From NCBI GenBank assembly GCA_938034375.1, contig CALHLB010000007.1, positions 1 through 53,863 of the forward strand: a DNA stretch of 53,863 bases, in the 5' to 3' direction. A model generated the notes under the pieces. It worked only from the letters and a program-made list of their open reading frames with translations, was not told the DNA's origin and did no database searches. The stretch is from an uncultured Alphaproteobacteria bacterium (GTDB lineage Bacteria > Pseudomonadota > Alphaproteobacteria > Rhizobiales > JACESI01). How positions within the stretch are numbered: position 1 is the stretch's first letter; every line of letters starts with the position of its first letter. Both the position numbers and the translations under genes were made by a program. Below are positions 48,483 through 53,863 of this stretch, piece after piece.

Positions 48483-49586
48483 TCAATCATCTTTCATTGA
48501 TTGTTCTTGAGCGATAAGTCTTTGTTCTTCCTTATATTTTTCGTAATGTACTTTAACATGTTTATCCGCATCCGACTTGGAAATTTTTCCAAGGTCTTTT
48601 AATAAGGGGCGTTCATTATTGCGTATAAACTGATCGAGTTTTTCTTTTGCATCACTCATAAGAACAAGTCTTTGCAGCTCGGTTTCTTGCTCAAAATAAT
48701 CCAGCAGCATTCCTGTAAATCTATTTAAGTCCTTGATTTCTAACTCTCCAAGAAAATTCTTGGCAGTTAATGTGTCTTTTTGAGTTGGACGATCTCCCGA
48801 CCATGAGGTCAGCCCCATATTCAATGCCCTATAATCCGCACGTTCCTTGCGAATTTCTGCACCTGTCATACCTGTTACGGCATAATGGAGCTTGTTTTGT
48901 AATGTGGCGAAAAACGAACCCTTTTCTCTTTCATTTAAATCAGCATAGTCTTGACATAGAGTACAAATTCTACGGACTTCTTTATGGACATTGGTTTCTG
49001 ATGCCCGTATATCGCGGATAATTTCGCGGAGTTCTCGAAGATGGTCGTGATTTTCAGGGTCTTTAAGCTTTTCGGCATCTACGACAAAACCTTTTGTGGC
49101 AAATTGGACAAGTTTCTGTGTTGCCCATTTTCTAACCAATGTTCCCTGTTTGGATGAAACGCGATAACCAACGGAAATTATTATATCCAGATTATAAAGG
49201 GTAACACTTCTTGAAACCCTACGGTTTCCTTCATTTCGAACTAGTAAGGATTCCTTACTAGTTGCCTTTTTTTTTAATTCGTTCTCAGAATAAATATTAG
49301 TTAAATGCATGACTATGTTGGGACGTGTTACCCCATAAAGGTCAGCTATTTGAGATTGCGTCATCCATAGATCGTTACCTTCATATTGGAGTTGTACTTC
49401 GACACCATTTTGTGTGCTATAGACTAAAAATCGATCTCCCGTTTCACCATCTTCAGTTAAACGAACAGGTTTCATTTTATTATCTTCGATAGGCTTGGTG
49501 ACTCTATCTTGATCATCATTTGATAACCACTCAAGAGTTTCGTTTAAATCAGGTTTGGTTTTAGATAGATTGTTTTTATTGCTCAT
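48483..49586 (-). CDS. RhuM-family protein (Virulence_RhuM-type; accessory, often in defence or mobile contexts)
   Basis: LWMTQSQIADLYGVTRPNIVMHLTNIY..ENEL.....K..L.V..EG.R.V.R....YNLD.IISVGYRV.S..GT.FR.WAT..L and the downstream region resemble the RhuM pattern as I recall it. AT-rich gene wedged between tal and metZ. Confidence 0.65.
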   Translation of the reverse strand: MSNKNNLSKTKPDLNETLEWLSNDDQDRVTKPIEDNKMKPVRLTEDGETGDRFLVYSTQNGVEVQLQYEGNDLWMTQSQIADLYGVTRPNIVMHLTNIYSENELKKKATSKESLLVRNEGNRRVSRSVTLYNLDIIISVGYRVSSKQGTLVRKWATQKLVQFATKGFVVDAEKLKDPENHDHLRELREIIRDIRASETNVHKEVRRICTLCQDYADLNEREKGSFFATLQNKLHYAVTGMTGAEIRKERADYRALNMGLTSWSGDRPTQKDTLTAKNFLGELEIKDLNRFTGMLLDYFEQETELQRLVLMSDAKEKLDQFIRNNERPLLKDLGKISKSDADKHVKVHYEKYKEEQRLIAQEQSMKDD

Positions 49587-49659
49587 AAATAAATCCCTGA
49601 CAGGTATGATGTTTTTGAAAAGTTTGTACTCAGGACAAAATGATTTTAATGGTTTGAAA

Positions 49660-49689
49660 AATGAAAAAAGGGCAACTTATGTTGCCCTT
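49660..49689 (-). terminator. Rho-independent terminator of the small HTH-like gene
   Basis: The minus strand reads AAGGGCAAC-ATAA-GTTGCCCTT followed by TTTTCATTTTT, directly after the stop at 49697. Confidence 0.75.
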
Positions 49690-49696
49690 TGTAATA

Positions 49697-49894
49697 TTAG
49701 TAGGGTCTAGCTTCAGGAAAACGTTCGCCACTTATTACTTCATTTACTCTAGCTGAGTTTATATCCAAAGCTGCAGCAATTCTATTTTTAAAATGACCTG
49801 CAAGATATAGTTCCCAAATTTTACACGCAACTTCAAAAGTTATTTTACGTGAAGGCTTTTTAGGGTTTTTGGGTAAAATAGACCAATTTATCAT
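49697..49894 (-). CDS. Small (65 aa) hypothetical protein with a possible helix-turn-helix
   Basis: ITFEVACKIWELYLAGHFKNRIAAALDINSARVNEVISGERF resembles small phage/plasmid HTH proteins. It has its own terminator. The function is not established. Confidence 0.45.
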   Translation of the reverse strand: MINWSILPKNPKKPSRKITFEVACKIWELYLAGHFKNRIAAALDINSARVNEVISGERFPEARPY

Positions 49895-50005
49895 CTTAAT
49901 TTCTCCGACGAGATAATAGAATGAACCGGATTGACTTTAATGATCTTTTGCATGTATATTTGTGCTGAAGATCTTCAAATTCTCCAGTTCATTCTGGTTA
50001 CATTT

Positions 50006-50041
50006 AACGTTGATGTGGTTGCACCCACATCAACGTTTTTT
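50006..50041 (+). terminator. Strong plus-strand intrinsic terminator with no upstream ORF (3' end of a candidate ~75-nt sRNA)
   Basis: 13-bp perfect stem AACGTTGATGTGG-TTGCAC-CCACATCAACGTT followed by TTTT. A promoter-like TTGACT-N18-TATATT lies at 49931..49960. Confidence 0.6.
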
Positions 50042-50240
50042 AATTTAATGATTCCTATTTTGAGAGTCGAATCTTTTTTGTTTTAATTTCATTAAAAAAT
50101 CTATATTTTGCCTCTTGATAGACAAAATATACTAAATACGGTCTTTTTCGCCTGATTTTTCGGAGCTTTATCCCCAAAGTTTAAAATTTATACGTAAGGC
50201 TGAATAAAGCGCTGATTCGTTTTTCAAAGCGCGCAGTTCA

Positions 50241-50271
50241 CAAATAAAAAAGCGGCTTTGAAAGCCGCTTT
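50241..50271 (-). terminator. Rho-independent terminator of metZ
   Basis: The minus strand reads AAAGCGGC-TTTCAAA-GCCGCTTT followed by TTTATTTG, 7 nt after the metZ stop. Confidence 0.75.
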
Positions 50272-50277
50272 AAAATC

Positions 50278-51486
50278 TTACTTCCCAGCCCTTTCAGCCG
50301 CATCCAGTGCGGCTTTAAAATCTTCAATCAAATCATCCGCTGATTCCAAGCCAACTGATAATCTCACCATGCCGTCGGTAATGCCCAGTTCTGCGCGGTC
50401 TTCTTCCGTCAACCTTTGGTGGGTGGTTGTTGCGGGGTGGGTGACGAGGCTTTTTGCGTCGCCCAGATTGTTTGAGATTTTGGCAATCGTCAGACTGTTG
50501 CAGAAGGCGAAGGCTGCTTTTTTTCCGCCTTTCAGGTCGAATGCCAGCATGTTTGAACCCGCTTTCATCTGTTTTTTGATGAGGTTACGTTGCGGGTGGT
50601 CATCGGAGCCTGCGTAAATCAGTTTTACCAGAGCGGGATGATTTTTCAGGGCCTCATAGGTTTTACCTGCACTATCTGTTTGACGTTCAACGCGCAAAGG
50701 CAAAGTTTCCAAGCCTTTTAGAAGTACCCATGCATTAAACGGGCTCATGCTGGGGCCTGTATGTTTGTTATAGGCGAAAACATCATCAATATAGTCCTGA
50801 TCGCCTAAAATAATACCGCCCAAACAGCGTCCCTGACCATCAATATGTTTGGTAGCAGAATAAACCACAACATCGGCGCCTAAATCGCGTGGGCGCTGCC
50901 ACATGGGCGTTGCAAAAACATTGTCAATAATAACTTTAGCGCCAACGGCATGGGCAAGTTTTGCAACGGTTTCAATATCAATAATATCAAGTGTCGGGTT
51001 TGTGGGGGATTCAAAAAAGCAGGCTTTGGTGTTAGGCCTGATTGCTTTTTCCCATTCTTCGTTTTTTGTACCATCAATCAGCGTTGTTTCAATGCCGAAA
51101 CGGGGGCAAAGTTCTTCAACAATATAAAGGCAGGAGCCGAAAAGCGCTTTGGCTGCAACCACATGGTCACCAGTTTTTAAAAAACTCATGAGGGAGGAAT
51201 GAACAGCCGCCATGCCACTGGAAGTTGCCATGGCGGCCTCGGTGCCTTCCAACGTGCACATACGCTCTTCAAACATAGCAACAGTAGGGTTTGCATAACG
51301 CGAATAGACAAAGCCATCATCATCACCCTTAAAGCGGGCTTCAGCGGCTTCTGCATTTTCATAAACAAAGCCTTGTGTTAGATAAAGCGCTTCACTCGTT
51401 TCGCCAAATTGCGAGCGCACTGTACCGCCATGAACCAAATTCGTGGCAAGGTCATAATTATTATTCTTTGAATCTGAATTGCTCAT
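50278..51486 (-). CDS. metZ: O-succinylhomoserine sulfhydrylase (Cys/Met-metabolism PLP enzyme)
   Basis: LATNLVHGG, YSRYANPTV, and PLP-lysine motif YSATKHIDGQGR. The start is taken at MSNSDSK (RBS GAGGG). The metZ versus metY call comes from overall resemblance only. Confidence 0.8.
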   Translation of the reverse strand: MSNSDSKNNNYDLATNLVHGGTVRSQFGETSEALYLTQGFVYENAEAAEARFKGDDDGFVYSRYANPTVAMFEERMCTLEGTEAAMATSSGMAAVHSSLMSFLKTGDHVVAAKALFGSCLYIVEELCPRFGIETTLIDGTKNEEWEKAIRPNTKACFFESPTNPTLDIIDIETVAKLAHAVGAKVIIDNVFATPMWQRPRDLGADVVVYSATKHIDGQGRCLGGIILGDQDYIDDVFAYNKHTGPSMSPFNAWVLLKGLETLPLRVERQTDSAGKTYEALKNHPALVKLIYAGSDDHPQRNLIKKQMKAGSNMLAFDLKGGKKAAFAFCNSLTIAKISNNLGDAKSLVTHPATTTHQRLTEEDRAELGITDGMVRLSVGLESADDLIEDFKAALDAAERAGK

Positions 51487-51499
51487 TTTAAAACCCTCA

Positions 51500-51531
51500 A
51501 TAAAAAACCCGACCAAAAAGGTGGTCGGGTT
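51500..51531 (-). terminator. Intrinsic terminator in the metZ leader (putative riboswitch expression platform)
   Basis: The minus strand reads AACCCGACCA-CCTTTT-TGGTCGGGTT followed by TTTTATT, ending ~15 nt before the metZ ATG. Confidence 0.7.
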
Positions 51532-51540
51532 ACCCGTTCC

Positions 51541-51598
51541 AACCTTTTAGCTGTTTGTTTTACGTGGCCGCAAGCTGGTCGCCCAAATCACCACGGGA
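51541..51598 (-). promoter_or_regulatory. SAM-II (metA-element) type riboswitch candidate in the metZ 5' leader
   Basis: The minus strand reads CCGTGGTGATTTGGGCGACCAGCTTGCGGCCACGTAAAACAAACAGCTAAAAGGTT. It has a P1 helix CGTGG/CCACG, a loop with TGATTT and GCTTGC, and a 3' tail AAAACAAAC-AGCTAAAAGG able to pseudoknot with the loop AGCT. The context (metZ in an alphaproteobacterium) fits. Confidence 0.6.
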
Positions 51599-51702
51599 TA
51601 AGCTTTTAAATACGTCACTTTCAGCTTGGCGTCAATTCTTCCCTTTTGATAAGATGCTCTATAAAAGAAATAAAATTCGTAAGATATATCAGGAAAAAAA
51701 GC

Positions 51703-52794
51703 ATGAACGGTATTTTGGCATCCCATCAAATAGAAGCGCTTGTGCGTGACCATGCCATTATGCTTGAAGATGATCTAGTACCTGATCAAATTCAGCCTGC
51801 CAGTTTGGATTTAAGGTTGGGCGACAGGGCTTACCGTGTTCGGGCAAGTTTTTTGCCAGGCCCTGAACGGCGCGTGCAAGACCGCTTAAAAGGCGTGCAA
51901 TTGCATGAAATAGATTTAAGCGCTGGCGCAGTACTGGAGGTGGGTTGTGTTTATATTATTCCGCTTCTTGAAAATTTGGCCTTACCAGGAGAGCTTTCAG
52001 CTTCTGCCAATCCTAAAAGCTCCACTGGCCGACTGGATGTTTTTACGCGTGTTATAACAGATAATGCGCGCGAATTTGATCAAGTACCGAACGGATATCA
52101 TGGACCCTTATATATGGAGGTATCACCACGGACATTTCCCATTATTGTGCGGAAAGGATCCCGTCTTAGTCAAATCCGGTTTCGCAAGGGAAGTTCAATT
52201 TTAAGTGATTCAGCCCTTGAGGATTTACATGTAAAAGAAACCCTAGTTACCTCACACGATCCTTATATTGCTCATGGTATTTCTCTTTCAATTGACCTAA
52301 AAGGCAGTGAAGATGGGCTTGTCGGTTATCGGGGTAAACGCCATACGGGTGTTATTGATGTGGATTTGAAGGCCCAACAGGATGCTGAAAACTTTTGGGA
52401 ACCAATTTATGCTAAGGGTTCCGGCCCTGAAACTGGGTCTATTATTTTAGATCCAGACCAGTTTTATATTCTGGTTTCCAATGAAGCAGTGCATGTGCCA
52501 CCAAATTATGCAGCGGAAATGGTGCCTTTTGATCCTTTAGTTGGTGAATTTCGGGTCCATTATGCTGGTTTTTTCGACCCTGGTTTTGGCCATTCTTCAG
52601 CCGGCGGTAAGGGAAGCCGCGCGGTGCTGGAAGTTCGCAGCCATGAAGTTCCCTTTATTTTGGAACATGGGCAAACAATTGGACGGCTTGTTTATGAAAA
52701 GATGTTAGAGCGCCCTAAAACACTTTATGGTGAAATTGCTACATCAAACTATCAGGGGCAGGGACTTAAATTATCTAAGCACTTTAAATCTTAA
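51703..52794 (+). CDS. dcd: 2'-deoxycytidine 5'-triphosphate deaminase (long DCD-family form)
   Basis: MNGILASHQIEALV......L....QIQPASLDLRLG..AYRVRASFLPG and the ~360-aa length match the long alphaproteobacterial dCTP deaminase family. The start is taken at an internal ATG of ORF 51646... Confidence 0.75.
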   Translation: MNGILASHQIEALVRDHAIMLEDDLVPDQIQPASLDLRLGDRAYRVRASFLPGPERRVQDRLKGVQLHEIDLSAGAVLEVGCVYIIPLLENLALPGELSASANPKSSTGRLDVFTRVITDNAREFDQVPNGYHGPLYMEVSPRTFPIIVRKGSRLSQIRFRKGSSILSDSALEDLHVKETLVTSHDPYIAHGISLSIDLKGSEDGLVGYRGKRHTGVIDVDLKAQQDAENFWEPIYAKGSGPETGSIILDPDQFYILVSNEAVHVPPNYAAEMVPFDPLVGEFRVHYAGFFDPGFGHSSAGGKGSRAVLEVRSHEVPFILEHGQTIGRLVYEKMLERPKTLYGEIATSNYQGQGLKLSKHFKS

Positions 52795-52801
52795 AATGAT
52801 A

Positions 52802-52828
52802 AAAGGCATCCCTATTGGAGATGCCTTT
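52802..52828. terminator. Bidirectional terminator between convergent dcd and bfr
   Basis: AAAGGCATC-N9-GATGCCTTT with A tract before and T tract after; lies between the stops at 52794 and 52846. Confidence 0.7.
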
Positions 52829-52845
52829 TATGAAATGGTTTAGTT

Positions 52846-53328
52846 TTAAGCTTCATCTGCTGGTAGGGCGTTTAACAGACCGTAGCGTTCTTCGCCAATT
52901 TTTTTCAGAAGCTCCAATTGAGTTTCAAGAAAATCAGTATGACCTTCCTCATCGGTTATCAATTCTTCAAAAATTGCCATTGTTGCATAGTCACCCTCTT
53001 CACGGCAAACTTCACGTGATTTTTTGTAAGATTCCAGTGCATCCAGTTCTCCGGCAAGGTCGGCTTCCAGCACTTCTTTCACAGTACGCCCAATTCTTAA
53101 AGGTGCTACTGTTTGCAGGTTGGGATGGCCTTCCAAAAAGATAATGCGTTCAACAATTTTATCAGCGTGAACCATTTCCTCCAGAGATTCTTCTTTTTCT
53201 TTTTTGGCCAGTTTACCAAATCCCCAATCATCCAATAGACGATAATGAAGCCAGTATTGATTGATTGCTCCAAGCTCTAAATGAAGCGCTTCATTTAGAC
53301 GTTCTATTACTTTTTCACTGCCTTTCAT
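52846..53328 (-). CDS. bfr: Bacterioferritin
   Basis: [36 protein letters not shown]...[20 protein letters not shown]: ferroxidase-centre residues and the haem-ligand Met region; 160 aa. Confidence 0.95.
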   Translation of the reverse strand: MKGSEKVIERLNEALHLELGAINQYWLHYRLLDDWGFGKLAKKEKEESLEEMVHADKIVERIIFLEGHPNLQTVAPLRIGRTVKEVLEADLAGELDALESYKKSREVCREEGDYATMAIFEELITDEEGHTDFLETQLELLKKIGEERYGLLNALPADEA

Positions 53329-53371
53329 GGGGCGCCCTTTCTAAAGTATTATTATGATTTGTTATTATATA

Positions 53372-53388
53372 ATTAGAATTATTCTAAT
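53372..53388. promoter_or_regulatory. Irr-type iron control element (ICE box), imperfect copy
   Basis: ATTAGAA-TTA-TTCTAAT versus the consensus TTTAGAA-N3-TTCTAAA; 44-60 nt upstream of the bfr ATG. Confidence 0.6.
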
Positions 53389-53399
53389 GTAAAGAGTAG

Positions 53400-53416
53400 T
53401 TTAGAATTATTCTAAA
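53400..53416. promoter_or_regulatory. Irr-type iron control element (ICE box), perfect copy
   Basis: TTTAGAA-TTA-TTCTAAA is an exact match to the ICE consensus described upstream of bfr in Bradyrhizobium and other alphaproteobacteria. Confidence 0.75.
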
Positions 53417-53426
53417 CTAATATAAT

Positions 53427-53738
53427 TTATGCAACATTTCTTCTTTTTTGGCGCATAAGACGTCTGGCTGTAATGCAGGATTGATGCTTTTCGTTAATAC
53501 GGTCAACGAGGGAAATTATTTCAGCCTTCGGTGTGTTATGTTTTTGATGATAGGTTTCCACTGTTTTAACGATAATTTTGACAACGTTAGGAAGGCAACC
53601 GCAACATTTCCCTTTTTTTTCAAGCGCGTGGTAAACTTGTAGGGGTACAATAAGTTGCCATGGGTCTTCTTTTAAAAAACCTGTGATGACATCTTCAATT
53701 TCTTCAACTGAAATACGGTTGCAATGACAAATAATCAT
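53427..53738 (-). CDS. bfd: Bacterioferritin-associated ferredoxin (BFD-like [2Fe-2S] protein) with a basic C-terminal extension
   Basis: MIICHCNRIS ... KCCGCLP is the four-Cys BFD motif. The gene sits directly upstream of bfr. At 103 aa it is longer than the ~65-aa E. coli Bfd. Confidence 0.8.
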   Translation of the reverse strand: MIICHCNRISVEEIEDVITGFLKEDPWQLIVPLQVYHALEKKGKCCGCLPNVVKIIVKTVETYHQKHNTPKAEIISLVDRINEKHQSCITARRLMRQKRRNVA

Positions 53739-53814
53739 GACGGCCTGCCTGATCGTTCTTTTTGTGACAGATAATACTGCCTTTAATAAGAGTCAAGAAG
53801 TTAAGTTTATGACA

Positions 53815-53863
53815 TATAGCTAAACCACATTAAAATGATTAAGTATTTTAGCTATATTCCTTT
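53815..53863 (-). repeat. Copy D of the hairpin-rich repeat (inverted, truncated by the window end)
   Basis: The reverse complement AAAGGAATATAGCTAAAATACTTAATCATTTTAATGTGGTTTAGCTATA matches the right half of copies B and C. Confidence 0.75.

Noticed and set aside
49940-50086. 48-aa hydrophobic ORF (MIFCMYICAEDLQILQFILVTF...) that could be a small toxin-like peptide
   Set aside because: It reads straight through a perfect 13-bp terminator stem and has no visible RBS. It is kept only as an alternative under the sRNA finding.
50258-50617. 119-aa plus-strand ORF; the same applies to 52815..53144 opposite bfr
   Set aside because: They are antisense to metZ and bfr respectively and show no independent signals.
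53427-53738. Bfd C-terminal extension (~40 basic residues) as a possible novel domain
   Set aside because: BFD-domain proteins vary widely in length, and I cannot judge novelty without alignments.
1-53863. CRISPR arrays, rRNA genes, integrons, prophage blocks, dif site
   Set aside because: I saw no regularly spaced direct repeats, no rRNA-like sequence, no phage structural genes and no XerCD dif-like GCGCATAATGTATATTATGT-type motif. This was checked by eye only.

Overview
AT-rich (roughly 40% G+C by eye) alphaproteobacterial chromosome segment. The gene order looks Rhizobiales/Hyphomicrobiales-like: recG-sdhE-mfd; hslO-argF-argD beside gcrA; phoR-pstSCAB-phoU-phoB; tesA/ybbA/ybbP; bfd-bfr. 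I call about 45 protein genes, one tRNA-Lys(UUU), two decayed IS remnants (IS5-family at the left edge, IS1-family after mfd), a SAM-II-like riboswitch ahead of metZ, phased Pho boxes ahead of pstS and two Irr/ICE boxes ahead of bfr. The window is mostly housekeeping, and I do not see a complete multi-gene system of an obviously new kind. The most unusual items are: (1) an undescribed-looking ~105-bp hairpin-rich MITE/REP-like repeat in four copies, two of which supply the 3' ends of ORFs; (2) an RND efflux pump with an in-frame ~165-aa, four-helix hydrophobic insertion between TM6 and TM7; (3) a LysR / PF10014-type 2OG-Fe dioxygenase / LysE exporter module, a candidate free amino-acid hydroxylation and export unit; (4) a ybbP-like permease broken by a single in-frame TAA; (5) two candidate small RNAs defined by orphan intrinsic terminators; (6) an intrinsic terminator placed between a promoter-like site and argD; (7) a small AT-rich RhuM islet. 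All family assignments come from reading motifs by eye; no searches were run.
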